From positions 466,620 through 530,619 of the forward strand of contig JAQGDQ010000135.1 of the NCBI GenBank assembly GCA_030141605.1: 64,000 nt of DNA, read 5' to 3'. Below the pieces are notes generated by a model. It was not told where the DNA came from. It did not search any database and worked only from the letters and a program-made list of their open reading frames with translations. Below, piece after piece: positions 51,901 through 64,000 of this stretch (positions are counted from its first letter, which is position 1; the number at the start of each line of letters is the position of its first letter). A program made the translations under genes and the position numbers. This DNA is from Tubiluchus corallicola. Its lineage: Eukaryota; Animalia; Priapulida.

Positions 51901-54900
51901 ATTCAATGTCCTCGGTAATTATAATATTACAATGAAGGCATGTTTTGACGTTTGTCATTATGGGTAGCAATATTATGGATGCCAAAGATTTGTGAGCACT
52001 AAGACTTTGCGCACTGAAAATGTCCAAGCATGTCAAATGCACCTTCATCCAAGTAACACAACAATATTTGTGTCATTGCAAATCAAAACCGCCTATGAGT
52101 CGGCATACTTAAAACTACGTTATGAGGCTTCAATGTAGAATGCACAAAAATTTGTTCAAATGTCAGTTTTTTGTTTTCACAAAAACAAATGCTAATCATA
52201 TTGGATTGTTATATTCTAGCATCAAATTATCAAGAAAATGTAAAAAAAATCCAAAAAACTAATTTTATAACCCCGTACCACTTTTTTGGTTAGAAACTAG
52301 TAAAAAAACTTTTACTAGAAAAAGTATTTTCAAACTCTCATAGTAACTCGTGGTAGCAGTCATTTTGCTTACGATTGTTTCTGTTGCTAAGCGCTGTTGA
52401 TCTTCCATCAGTAAGGGTTATCTACTTAAACATTAGTTCAATGTGTTCTTGCACAATCTGTAACAACGACATTTGTGTCGTTGCTAAGTGTTTTGTAGAA
52501 ATACAACAGAAAACAATGGCTAACTTTAACAGCGATTTTCTCAAGGTTACGTTTTCAGTGCATACGTGCATAACAATTTCAACGTGGATTATCTCAGCTT
52601 AGAAATAACATAAAGCAGTGAGCTAGGTATCAAAATGATTCTCATGAAATGGAGATTTCACAGAAAAGCTTAATTGCCAACTTGTGGACGATTTTGCTAT
52701 GCAGGCACACATTTAATGTTGCATAATAAAGATAACAACTGCGGCAATTTTTTTAACACTTTTCAATCTTATTAACAGGAATGTTTGTGTAGCTTGTGTA
52801 TTTTTAGACAGCTGCAATTAGTCTGATAAGTTTCAATACACATTAAGATCTATACGAACCCTGCAGTTTCGAAACTTTACACTGCTTAATCTACCATTTA
52901 AAGACACTGTGTAATATAAACAGTGGCTTCTTTTAAAATTTGAAAATACGGCCACCGCGGGCATTGATTGCAGACTTTTAAAACAGGGTCTCCATCCATC
53001 TGGTGTGCACAGTTAGTCTTCATATTTCTGCAATTTCTTTAAAAAAAATCAGTATAGGAGCTCTATTCCAAGAACTAGCTAAGAATAAATCAGGATTTCA
53101 CGATTTTGAAAATTAATTGTCTATTAATGAACTTTCATTCATTAAGGCCAATTATCTCTTCTTACGAACAAAAAATGACAAAAACTGCTCAGTAAATCGA
53201 TAGGAACACTGGCTATGAATAGCTTCAGTTTTAATCTTTTGCAAATTAAATAACTAATTAACTAAGAAAGAAGCCGAAAATCGACGATTTTTTTGTAGGA
53301 AGTTCTCTAGTATCTTGATGAATCATTCGTCTGAGTTTCATGATGATAATATTTTTTCGATGCAAACTTATGAGAAAAACATTAATTGCAACTGTGGACA
53401 CCAGACAGACAAGGATCCCCTTTTAACGGGATTCTGTTAGTACTCAGGTATTAGCTAGTACTATCAAGCTATTTGATGCACAATGTAATTTTGGGGTTTT
53501 TGCTTATATTAACAAGATTTTTTATCTACAAACTAATCTTTAAACAAATTAACCAATACATAGAACAAGAGAATGGGTTTAAGAGACTAATGAGAATAAG
53601 AAAAAAAGAAAAAAAGTTTTTATTTATATAACTGATGTGATACGTATTTGTTTCAGCCTGGAGCAGATCATTGTGGGCAGGCAGCAATCCTTTCGCCGTT
53701 CTTCGCCCGAACACAATGCTGCTTGTGAAAGGGAGACACCAGAATGTGCAGAAAACTCTAGGCAAAATGTGCAGTCTGACTCAGTTGCTGCGCCTGATTA
53801 TGTTAGAACATCTAACAATAGTGAAGGGATACCGACTTCACAACAAAATAGTGCTCTTCCACATTACGATGAAGTCCAGCCACAAATTTCTCAGGACAGT
53901 CAACCACCAAGCTATGCAGAAGTAATGATTTGCCAAGACAGTATAACTTTTGAAACTCTCAATGCAGCTGGTCTGTTATCTCAGCCAAAATGACAGTTCG
54001 TCTTGATTATAAACAGTTCATTAGTAAAAACAACAATAACAATGACATTTAAGGTGCTACAGAAGAGGAAATTTTTCAAAAGAGGTGGCTCACTAACCAC
54101 TACAGACTACTAGCTTAGTATTTTTACTCGATGCAAGATGTATGAATCATATAGTGAAAAACTTCGGTGTCAAAAGTACAACTAAACATGTAACCAAATT
54201 TGCTGATCAGAATTACGACAATAAAACACTCATATTCTATCAATCAATTTATGCTCACAAACTATGCAGACTACTTTCAGAAAACTACTACGTTACTAAC
54301 GAAATCGAAGAAACTCTGATTTTGTGTGACTTGAGCCTAAGAAATAATCTGAGAAATGATCTCAAAGTTCCTGGTAAACTACAAGGATTGATGAAAAAAG
54401 AGAGTGCTCTTCTGAGAGTTGCCATGGTGACAACAGTAAAAGATGTGAGAATGCTCTTTCAAGTATCAAAAAGTTCTTTATTTTTCTTCAAAATCTTTCA
54501 TCCGTACAGATTTTGTCAGCTGAAATCAACTTGATATAGCCTACATCTTGCAAGACCTATAGTTCAGCCATATTATTGATAGACCATATTACAAATTGCT
54601 CAAGATGGACACTTTCCAAATTTTGCAGAAATTACACTTAGAGTAAAGGCTTTGAAACTTTCATAGAAGACAATCTAAGTCAAGAAACTATGTCTCATAT
54701 TCATTGTCAAGCATTTTTGTGAGCCTGTTTGTGTATGTAGGACTAAACATAACATGTAGAATAACTTTAGTATGTAAATATTATGCAATATGTAAATTAA
54801 TTCTATGCAATATGTAATAGCTGCATGTTTTAAGAATTCACTATTTTGAAAGCTGCAAAAGGGATCAAAATACATTAAAAGCAATTCCTGTAAATATGAA

Positions 54901-55290
54901 AATTGAATGCAATGTATCAGTGACCATTAGTTTTGAAATAACATCCATTAATTGATCAGCTTGTCGCATAGTTTCCAAATGGTAGCTTATCTATCCTTTA
55001 TCAGTGCTTATCTATTATAATAAATACACTAAGCATATAAGAGACAGAATACACTTTTACTTCTGAAGTAAAATTTAATATACCAAAAACTTTATGAAAA
55101 TAGTGCTATTCATACTACTTTGAAGAAACAATGAAGGAACTACTATTTTTATGGAGTCACTGGCATATTAAATTAAGCCTTTGAAGTAAAAAGACATTTT
55201 CTCTCCTATGTGGTTAGTGTGTCTACAGGGTCATCCTGAAAAAACATTACAAGCAAATTTTCTTTAATGAAACAAAATATACAAGTCAAA

Positions 55291-55321
<31 letters not shown>

Positions 55322-58300
55322 GTATATGTTTATTACTAGTTTGTTAATTATTGTTATATATATTATATTATATATATTGTTATATTACAAACTAACAATA
55401 TATACACATGCATGCACGCACACATGCACGCACGCGCGCGCACGCATGCACACACACACACACACACCTAGATTTTTACACACTAGGACAAATTTAGCCT
55501 TAAGTTTTACATTTCATTCCTGATGTGGTATAAAATTGTATTTTCCACAACAAAGACAAAGAAATTTTTCAAAAATTAATTTTGTTGTTTTAAATAAAAA
55601 AGACACACAGCTTTTCATATTTCTTTATGCGAATTAATTAGAAAACTGTCCTGACTTAGATCCTCCAGATTTTATTACATCGGAGAACTAATCTGAGCGT
55701 ATCGTGCAAGAAAAATCAAAGATGGAACTGAACTGAAAAATTTGGTTCAAGAATGACTAAATTTCTGTAAAATGAGATTAATTTAGTTATTGACTAATTC
55801 TGACCTGATTAACAACGTGATCGAAATGGAACGAAAGTACTATTTTCTACTCTTAAGTAGTTAAAAAATATCAAAGCTGAGTTTTTTCATTTAAAACAGT
55901 AAATTTTTGAGACACTGTTTTCTTTGCTGCGAAAATACAATTTTAAAATCGTGTTTTTAAGAAGTTGAGCAGAAATGAAACATAGAACTTATGACTAAAC
56001 CTTTTGTTGTGTGTAGAATATACAAACATATATATATATATTCATATTCATTGTTATTCTGTTAATTTTTTATACATTTTTGTGATTTTTGCTTTATTAA
56101 AGAATTCATAGAAAATGTTCTTTGGACCACAGCTATTGACAAAGAACAGACGAGCCACATCTGGGAACACATCTAGTCGATCAATTAATGGACATTATTT
56201 AAACTAATACACTGATATCATTGACGCGTTAACATTCGATTCATTAAAAATAGAAGGAATATTAATGCAAGCTACACTTACGCAACACCAGAAGAGATGT
56301 ACTGGCAACAATGGTTGCAACGTCATTCGAAGCAATGCAGTTATATTCACCGTGATCATCTTTTATGATGTTTGATATCTTTAGCGATTCATTGGTGGCA
56401 GCCGATCGGTTGAATGGCAACTGTTTCCCATTAGTCTGAAAAAGTTTCACACCCTACTTTACTATTACTTATCAAATAAAACATCACAACTATTTGATCA
56501 TGCTTAGAGTGGAAACTAAGTACCACACAGATTTGAATTTAACAGATCCAAACTGGATGAAGACGCACATTGCTTTTTAAATTAATTGGATTTCTAACTA
56601 CTGATGCATTGAAACTGTATTATTCTTTGGCTCACATGCCAACTATCGCCAAAGGTCAAAACTCCTCTGGTTTCTGGACTTCAGTGGAGTCATCTGGATC
56701 TGTTCAAAAAATACACATGTTTAATAAATGATGGCTAGTTTTACAAATAAATTGATATACATTCGAAATTTAATTTGTTGAGAATATCCGGCTTTAAAGG
56801 ACTTAATCCACTAACTGCCAAACCTCCACCAAATGCGTAAACTAAACTCTTCAGACTTGGGAAGCACTTTAGCTTACCAACAGAGCCAGGGACACTGCTC
56901 CCGCTGTACAAATAAAAACACCGCATTTGAGATTTTTGAGAATTTTATTTGGACAAAGTACCGCATCAGTTCCAAACCATTTTTGTGTTATACTTAAAGG
57001 TCAGCTAAAAGTACTTAAAATGTTTTGCTAAATGTAACAACGCAATAAACACAAGAATATTTTTTACAAAACATCACTTATGGAAACCTGAAAGAAGTGC
57101 AACTTCTTTTGTATTCGCAACGAAGGAAAGCAGGATGATTTTCATATCCTGCTCTATTTTTTGTCTTAATTAAAGTTATAATAATGATGATGATGACGAT
57201 GATGATGAAGACGATGGTGATGATAATAATAATGATAATAATAATAATCTGTTTTGAAATACGGTAAAAAGTAAGTGTTTTAACACCTATAATAATGCCA
57301 AAGTGTTTCTGATAATTAAATAATATGTTAAAAAACTAATTAAGGTGAGTGCAGGGCAGCAACACCCGCAATAAACAAAACACGCCCATCAATATAGTTT
57401 CATACCTGGCTTGTCGCAGTTCATTATGGTGTTACAGCCTTAGTTTTGTTAGTCAGTGTCGGGTTACAACTTACCCTCTTCCACAGAACTGATGTAACAT
57501 TCTCCCCGGTTGCCACACAAGGCATTTTTACTGCTTCTCCTTTTAGGCGCTGGTAAATCAGTTCCGGCCTTTTCAAAAACACAGGCGGATCTAGAATTAC
57601 AAGTACCTACTAAAATACTAATAGATCCAAATTCATTGCCTGCTGTAAGAAATCAACACAGTCAAGTAAAGAAAACCACATGACTATGGTAAAGAACTGA
57701 CGCATATAGCAAGATAATTTTATTAAAATCATGTTTCTTTTTTACTTTACACTGAAAAGTAGGGAGCATGAAGACAGCTTTCTAGTCGTTAAATAATTAC
57801 GTTACATCAGTGCACGAATGCATTTCAAATGTCTTCAATTCTAGAAATAAATTACGAGAAAGTATTGTTAACCAAAAATGTTTTGATGTACCCACACAGC
57901 TGCAGGAGAGTGAATTTACCTTTAACATCAACATGAATTTCGGCCGACGTTCCTATTGTGCCAATGACATTGTACGGTGTACAAGTGTATACTCCTTCAT
58001 GACGCTTTTTAACCTGTAATAAGTTTTGTTGTAATACTTATTTTCCACCAGACAAAGTGAATAACAAAGATAAACTATTTTTGTACGAATGTATTTGCAT
58101 GCCAATTATTCATACAGTATGCGCTAGTTAAGAAAATTAGGTTACTAATGTAGCTATATTTAAAGTAAACCAACACTTAAGCATTATTAGTTAAATAACA
58201 CTTGCATGAAAAGTTTGTACCTAAAAACCAAAACCCTTCTTAAGTCGGCATAGTTAAAACTACGTTAAGGTGCTTCAAAGGTAGAATGCACCAAAAATTT

Positions 58301-61300
58301 GGTCAAATGTTAATATTTTGCTTTTTTATAAAAACAAACGCTAAATATATTGGAGTTCTATATTCTCATACCAAATTATCAAGAAAATGCTGAAGAAATA
58401 CTTAAATTTAATTTTATAACCCTGTACCCAAGGCTAGAAACTAGTACTGCAATTGTAAAAAACTTCTATATTCAAACTCTGACAGTAGCCCGTGGAAGCA
58501 GTCATTTTGCTTCAGGTTTTTTCTCCTGAAAAGCTCAGATCTTCTACTGGATTTAAACATAACTTCAATGTGTTTTTGCAAAGTCCATAGCAACCAACAT
58601 TAGAAACGTGACAAGAAAACAAGCTGTAACACCGACTTTCTCAAGGTTAAGTTTTCCAGAGTGTAGCATGCACCTCAACTTCAATGTGGATTATCTCAGC
58701 TTAGTTCTAACGTAGAGCAATGAGCTTGGTATTAAAATGATCCTCATGAAAGATTAAGGACATGTGAATGACTAGAAAAGCTTAATTGCCAACTTGATAA
58801 GAGACACTTTTCACTCAGAATTTTATGCTAGAAACTGATAAAGAACTGAAGCAATAATATCGAACCTTGGCTATCATGAGAGAGCCATTCTTGAGCAAAC
58901 TGTAACCATCAACTTCTCCGAAATGAATGAGTTTATCATTCTTGGTCCAAGTCACCAAGTTCACTTGAGGATTTGCTTCGATGAAGCACTCGACGATACC
59001 AACCATGCCCTTTGGAAGACTTTGCGATGAGTCGGTGTGTGAAACCCTGGCTTTGACTAGCAAATAACAACAACCACAGTATGTTACCAGTACCATTATG
59101 TATGAACATTAATGAAATAATTTATGAGTTAAAAAAGAGTAAGTCATATTATTTTTTATACATTCAAATGTATAAACATCCTCTCAGTATGAGGTAAACA
59201 ACCCAAATCAGCACGGCGAGAGAAACTGCATAGAGTGAAAATTAAAGCAGTTTATATATCCGCTCAATGATCAACCTCGGTGCCACTGCAACCACTGAAC
59301 CTCGCCCTAAATAATCTAAACAACTAAAATTACTTACATCTAATGTCTAAGTAGCAATCCGCTGCTACAGAACCTTGCAATCCATTAGATAACACACAAG
59401 TATAGGTAGCTGAATCTTCCTCTAATGTGGGATAAATAATCAATGAACCACCTTCAGTCACCTGAAAAAAAATAATAACACCCGAATTTTTTCAGCTGGC
59501 TAAATAAAACCTGGTACTAATATTAAATAATTTGATGTATAATAATTTAAAGTAAGAAAAAAAGCTCTACAAGTTAATAAGAAAATGCAGAAAACAGCTT
59601 CAATTTGTATCTATTGACTCTTCAATTTAAGAGTCAAACTTAAAATACTCTTAACATTTTGAGAGACTATTAAATCATGAACAACTCATGACTTGTAACA
59701 ACAGCAATAGTAAAAAAAATCCTATAAAGGTGACGTCATGTCGTAAACTGTTTTTCAAGAATAATCACATCACATGTTTTAGCCACGTAAATTTAAATTA
59801 TCAGAATCTACCATACCAGGAGTTACAATACCTTTGCACGTGACCTTAAGCTGGCAATGTCGACTATTTTCACATCATTTTTATACCAGGTGTAAGTGAT
59901 GTTGTTAGGATTGCCACTCGCTTTGCACTCCAGTACAACTTTCTCTCCTTTTGTTACAGTTTTGTTTAGAGGATACGTGACAAAATGAGCTCCGTCTGCA
60001 AGCAACAAATCTTGTTATACATGAGTGATAGAATCGGCATGGACAGGTAATAATTAATTAAATGAATAGGACAGGTAATAACTAATTTAAAGAATAAATA
60101 ACACACATCCAACAGGGAACAGTTCCTTGAAATAGAACAAACTGGTTCACTGCAACAATAATTTACATTAGTTCAACTCATATCCTAATGTCTGCCAAAC
60201 GTTACTTTTCCCATAAGTTAGACCTGTGACAAGATTGTCACTAACAAGAAAGCATAAAAAACTGGCAGTTAGTAAAACTCAGCAACCAGAAAGACAGCTT
60301 GCAGACATCTTAGTATCTGATCAACAGCCCTTTCTCTCACATTTTGTGGTACCTTAATTAAGGGACTGCTACCACTACCAGCTCTCAAGCCTTGTGGGAA
60401 ATCTAGACACTTGACACAATACCTACTTCATGCGCTGGATACTCATATAAGTTTTGATAAGAAACTCCTCCACATTTGCTGAATTTAGAAAACTGCTTGG
60501 TAATAGTTGGCCTCCAACTAGATTGGACTTTAATCATGCACACCTCAAAGCAAAAGGATGCGGCAAATTTTAAAGGACACTTAACGTTTATAAATACTGG
60601 CTACACTGAATACAGTTTTTATGAGTGAACAGAGAACATATGTTTATGTTGCAAAAAATTAATGTGAATTCGTGTAGTGAAATAAATAAAAATAGGATGC
60701 AATCAAAGGAAAACATTCTTAGCCCTAGTAGTACTTATTCAATGTCTACAAACTAACCTATTCATTACAATAGTGCTCTTTTTGGACAAGTTTAAAAAAC
60801 AGATTTTATCAGCTCAACATGAATTACATAAATTTGACCTACTACATAAATCACACACATGCATCGGATGGATACAGGAATAAAAATGAATATAAAACAA
60901 ATAATACTTACGAGCAATTTCTATATTAACAGTGTGATTCACCTGGCCTTCTTCGCTCTTTGCTACACACTGATAAGTTCCCTTTGTTGACGCATCTAAT
61001 TTATGTATCACTAACACATTGCCAGTTACCCGTACTGTTGTAGTATTCTTCACAATATCATTATCCTGCAAAATAGAGACACTAAAACATTAGGAAATTG
61101 AAATACACATGACAGGGGTATGTAGCTCAATAGTAGCGTGATTGCTTCCCAAAACCAAGTCATACCAAACACTTAAAAAGGGTCCATGAGGGTCTTTCGA
61201 AGCAACATGCGGATCATAATAATTGGGACCAAGTTAGAAATAAGTAATGAGTTACTTACGGTATTATCACTGCACTATGTCCTAAACGAAATTATATATA

Positions 61301-62752
61301 TTATTATAGAGGGTGTAAGAGTAGAAATAAGTAAATAACCATTTTTTCCTAATGCATTTAACACAGTATCTTCACCTTACATCATTCCAGATGTAAAAAA
61401 GTTGTCAAGCTTTTAAGATGAACAGGTTTATGATAGTTTTATATTACACTCATACGAGCAGAAAAGCATATAGCTAGTAACATAATACACTATATGCAAG
61501 ATTCTGTGAGAGAAAATATAGAAAAACTTGAAATCCCAGTAAAAGTTTGACAAATCCAGAATCTTTATTAAATCACAGGAGCCTTTTATCATTAAAGGAA
61601 ATGAACAGTTACCATTTCATCAAAACCAGAGACACATTTTTACAGGCTACAGGATATGAACAGGACATTTACAAGATGTGTACCTCAGTACATATGGAAG
61701 ACACATAAGACAACTACACTCATTCACACCCGTTCATAACTACTTTATTTTCAGTTGAGTGACTGTACTAATGACATCGTTAATTTAGTGAGTTTTGTGA
61801 AACCCACCACTAGTTGTCTCTTATTTAGACACTCAAAAATGTTGTTGTTTACATACTGAGTTAGATATTAAACTAACAAAACTATTAAGGCAAGTTCACA
61901 TTCTGATTAACACTATATTCTGAAGAACTGAAAAACAAATATTTACCTGTATCCAGTAGATGTCTGGGGAAGGATTTCCCGTAGCATTACAGTAAAGAAT
62001 AACCGTAGTCCTTGGAAGATAATATTGCACTAATGGTGGAGTATACACAAAAGTTGGTGGAGCTGAAAAAAACTTAAATGGTAATAATATCCAGTAATAA
62101 CATCAAATGGAAATAATGGCAATAATAATATGAAACCATGAACTAATTCATAGAGCTGTCCATCAATTTAGTCGTCTAAGGTATCATGTCAATTGAGACA
62201 CTGCTTATGGTAAAGTAAAATTCTCTGAATGAATTCAAAGGCCATATTTTTATCTCTGAATGCGGTGTAAACTTCTATAATAACATAATTAGCATACCTT
62301 GTATGACTAGACTTATCCATGTTCCATTATCTGTTGGACGATCTGGCCGGTTCAGCCAAATTATCCTACATTCATAAAATCCCTAAAAAAACAAAATGTA
62401 TGACGTGATTAATGTTAACTAACTAATCAAAATATGTACGTTACCAGCCAATGAATCACGCAAATCTTCCATGCCAAGGGAATAATAGGAATAACTCCTA
62501 TGACTGATCAGATTGTATAGTGTAATAGATAATGCATCTGTTTTCTGCTTGCGAAGGTCGTGCGTTCAATACCGTGGCCAAAGGCTAAAAATGGTACCTG
62601 CTGTTGCCCTGCCGGTATACAGTATTTACAGCAAAAATGAGGTACTAATAATCCCTGTTAGGTAGATGTAGTTTGTTATTCACAGTCAGCATTAAAAGCC
62701 TCATGCATTGCATTATCTGTTGAATTTAAAGTCAACTTTAAATCAAGGTTAT

Positions 62753-62785
<33 letters not shown>

Positions 62786-63512
62786 TAATTATTATTATTA
62801 TTACTGTTTCATTTTTCATCAGGGAATTATAATAATTTCACAGTGCACATCTCGTTACAAGTGCATTAGTTTTATTAAGTATAAAAGAAAATATAGTGAT
62901 GTTGTCAGAATTATTACACAATCAAGTTAGTCCACTGAAACTCGAAATTAGGCATTATCATTTACGAATTCATGATTTATTTAAATATTAAATGCTTTTA
63001 TGTTGATATCCGGCTCCACACAATAGTGAGGATGACTTCGCGCCATTCATAATTAAGATGTGTACTGTCTTATTTATGCTATTCTTAATTTTGCATAAAG
63101 CATTTTAGAGGCACAAATTATAGCAGAAGTACATTCTTTAATTATAACTTCTCTAAGCATGGTGCTTTATTTTTTTATAATTTCTTTCATGGTTGAAAGA
63201 TAACCGATCATAGTCTGCTTTCCCAATTTGTGTTTTAATAGTGATAATACTTTACACAACTTACCGTATCATTTTTCGTGACATTAATGATATGTAGCGA
63301 TGCATTATTGACTAGTGACAACCTTCCAGCATAGTCATCATGCACATGCGGTGGATAGGGATCTAGGCTAAGGTACACTGATTTAAGATAACCCTCTCTC
63401 TTCCATTCTACAGCGTAATCAGCAGGACGGTCATCGGGATAATTTACCACACATGGAAGTACGACAGTTGACCCAACGGTGGATATGATATTTGCAGACA
63501 GCAGATTGTTAT
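37441..63512 (-). CDS. IGSF9: Protein turtle / IGSF9-like cell-adhesion molecule (5 Ig + 2 FN3 + TM); signal-peptide exon not found, last exon tentative
   Basis: Phase-consistent minus exons: 63512-63265, 62382-62298 (Ig1: VVLPC..YAVEW..YPPHVHDDYAGRL..GFYEC..NGTW), 62062-61947, 61065-60912 (Ig2), 59995-59832, 59461-59338 (Ig3), 59056-58866, 58013-57920 (Ig4: ANPQV..YTCTPYNVIGT), 57590-57475, 56435-56282 (Ig5: KDDHGEYNCIASNDVATI), 43680-43560, 41975-41797 (FN3: TTPHAPTNV..WDPAFDG), 41321-41244, 40201-40053, 39775-39616 (FN3), 39114-38959 (TM GLIGGLTFLAVTGVLALIAV + basic stop-transfer), tentative terminal exon 37508-37441. Symbol denotes family. Confidence 0.88.
37640..38935 (-). mobile_element. 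5'-truncated, decayed CR1-like LINE (RT to 3' tail)
   Basis: [33 protein letters not shown] (38497-38781), KDLGITI..LYKSMIHPILDYGDVIWSP..TRGHSYKI (37961-38458), FARRVIDEWNMLPDTVVQA..FKLRLDRHW (about 37950-37840), 3' hairpin AGGTTGCCACAATGGCAAC and (AACGGT)n-like tail near 37645. Confidence 0.9.
42430..43195 (-). mobile_element. tRNA-derived SINE interrupted by a MITE
   Basis: Minus-strand head GCACAGAGTGACTGAGTGGTTAAGGCACTTGGC..GTTCGAATCC has Pol III A and B boxes; the body continues on both sides of 42566-43049. 3' boundary approximate. Confidence 0.65.
42566..43049. mobile_element. hAT (Charlie-like) MITE, 484 bp
   Basis: TIRs CAGGGATGTGCAAATT / AATTTGCACACCCCTG, G(C/T)GGCCC subterminal repeats, 8-bp TSD AACGAAGC / AACTAAGC. 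Confidence 0.85.
44861..47077 (+). CDS. Uncharacterised 4-TM membrane protein with PTAP/PSAP and two LPxY motifs (nested gene A), 3 exons, about 265 aa
   Basis: Exons 44861-45114, 45765-45992, 46762-47077 join in phase 2 into an open 798-nt frame; two Cys-rich hydrophobic hairpins, then a Pro/Ser/Gln-rich tail with DNPAF, PTAP, PSAPP, LPTY, LPSYEEA; AATAAA at 47189 and 47246. Confidence 0.8.
47461..47919. mobile_element. piggyBac-like MITE
   Basis: TTAA|CCCGTTCATACCC ... GGGCATGAAAGGG|TTAA: TTAA TSD with CCC/GGG termini; internal GTATC..GTGGGATAC palindromes. Confidence 0.8.
48230..48625 (+). repeat. Dispersed repeat; other copies at about 49990-50345 and 51066-51134
   Basis: Shared GAACTTTGAACAAAAA.AGAGCAGCTA..AGATAAGACAG..TTTTACCTTTG.CATTAAATAAAG block and a near-identical block of about 70 bp ending GGATGCGCTTACAGTGGTGCAAGCAC. 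Confidence 0.75.
51667..53993 (+). CDS. Uncharacterised 2-TM membrane protein with LPxY/PPxY motifs (nested gene B), 2 coding exons, about 194 aa
   Basis: Exons 51667-51914 (acceptor at 51654) and 53657-53993 join in phase 2 into an open 585-nt frame; hairpin GIGLLCFGSACFIAGIVIIGISV..GLGGAALIVLALLNCFCGWCF; tail with APDY, LPHYDEV, PPSYAEV; same CPR|phase-2 exon end as gene A. Confidence 0.8.
52078..52685 (+). mobile_element. Interspersed repeat (probable non-autonomous DNA transposon), copy 1
   Basis: Collinear over about 600 bp with 58221-58795 (AGTCGGCATA.TTAAAACTACGTTA..GTAGAATGCAC..GGATTATCTCAGCTTAG..AAAAGCTTAATTGCCAACTTG). Confidence 0.75.
55291..55467. repeat. (AT)n and mixed (CA/CG)n microsatellites
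   Basis: ATATAT.. at 55291-55316; CACATGCACGCACGCGCGCGCACGCATGCACACACAC at 55403-55467. Confidence 0.85.
57178..57248. repeat. (GAT/GAC)n-(AAT)n trinucleotide microsatellite
   Basis: Direct reading. Confidence 0.85.
58221..58795 (+). mobile_element. Interspersed repeat, copy 2 of 52078-52685
   Basis: Same-orientation diverged copy, with the shared blocks listed for copy 1. Confidence 0.75.
61113..61330 (+). mobile_element. Probable tRNA-derived SINE remnant
   Basis: Head GGGGTATGTAGCTCAATAGTAGCG (A-box-like) followed by GTCATACCAAACACTTAAAAAGGGT, resembling invertebrate SINE core sequences; B box appears deleted. Confidence 0.45.
62509..62802 (+). mobile_element. Probable tRNA-derived SINE with (AAT)n tail
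   Basis: TAGTGTAATAG (A-box-like) .. GTTCAATACC (B-box-like), core AAAAATGGTACCTGCTG, ending in (AAT)n/(ATT)n at 62755-62802. Confidence 0.5.
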
Positions 63513-64000
63513 CTAAAAATAAAAATTTTCTTTGTAATTATTTTAAACAAAACCCACAAGTTATAATTCCAGCCAGAAAAAAACCGATTCTGTCTTACCT
63601 CATGAGCTCAAAAGATGTCAGTAGGAAGGGAGGAAAAATTTTAAGCCTTTGTGAATGTTTCGAGCCGAATCATGGAATATTTAAAATCAGCTGAAATCAA
63701 AGTTTGTTCATTTCCCACTGGTTAGCAGTAATGTTTCAAATCTTTCAGTGCACATTTTTCATGCTTTGTTTTTTAGTTTTTTATTTCACATTACTATTTT
63801 ATATTAAACCCATCAATTATCTTTTTTGCATCATGAACATATGTTCTGATAATTATGGTATAAGCGGCAACACTGTCAGCCATTAATACACTTATCTGCT
63901 GGAAAATTCGATACTTTTCACCTGCAATACGAGGAATATCATACAAAACGGCAACCCTGGCCAAGAGTTAGTCAGAGAAAAACATGGCTGCATCCCCATC

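Noticed and set aside
54142-54534. 130-aa ORF as a third nested gene
   Set aside because: No recognisable domain or splice context; it overlaps repeat-like sequence resembling about 13.3-13.7 kb in reverse orientation.
63597-63700. Signal-peptide exon of the turtle-like gene (GAG|GTAAG donor at about 63598)
   Set aside because: The required phase-1 frame has an in-frame TGA and no hydrophobic stretch; the true first exon is probably outside the window.

Overview
AT-rich, intron-rich eukaryotic (animal, probably invertebrate bilaterian) genomic DNA; not prokaryotic. By manually splicing GT-AG exons I reconstruct six protein-coding genes: (1) a 14-exon DBH-like copper monooxygenase (MOXD1-type, minus, 6000-18052) with all six Cu ligands but no C-terminal anchor; (2) head-to-head with it, a 12-exon SLC3A1/rBAT-type GH13 heavy chain (plus, 19866-32331) that keeps an enzyme-like alpha-glucosidase active site; (3) an intronless GT31 beta-1,3-galactosyltransferase (plus, 36256-37236); (4) a turtle/IGSF9-like 5xIg+2xFN3+TM adhesion gene (minus, about 37441 to 63512, 5' end not located); and (5,6) two paralogous, unrecognised small membrane-hairpin protein genes nested antisense in one 12.6-kb intron of the turtle-like gene, whose tails carry P(T/S)AP and (L/P)PxY motifs (candidate NEDD4/ESCRT adaptors; the most novel element here). 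Introns and intergenic DNA hold decayed LINEs, tRNA-derived SINEs, hAT/piggyBac/Tc1-pogo MITEs with visible TIRs and TSDs, minisatellites and a degenerate hammerhead-like motif. All calls come from reading the sequence only; no database searches were run.
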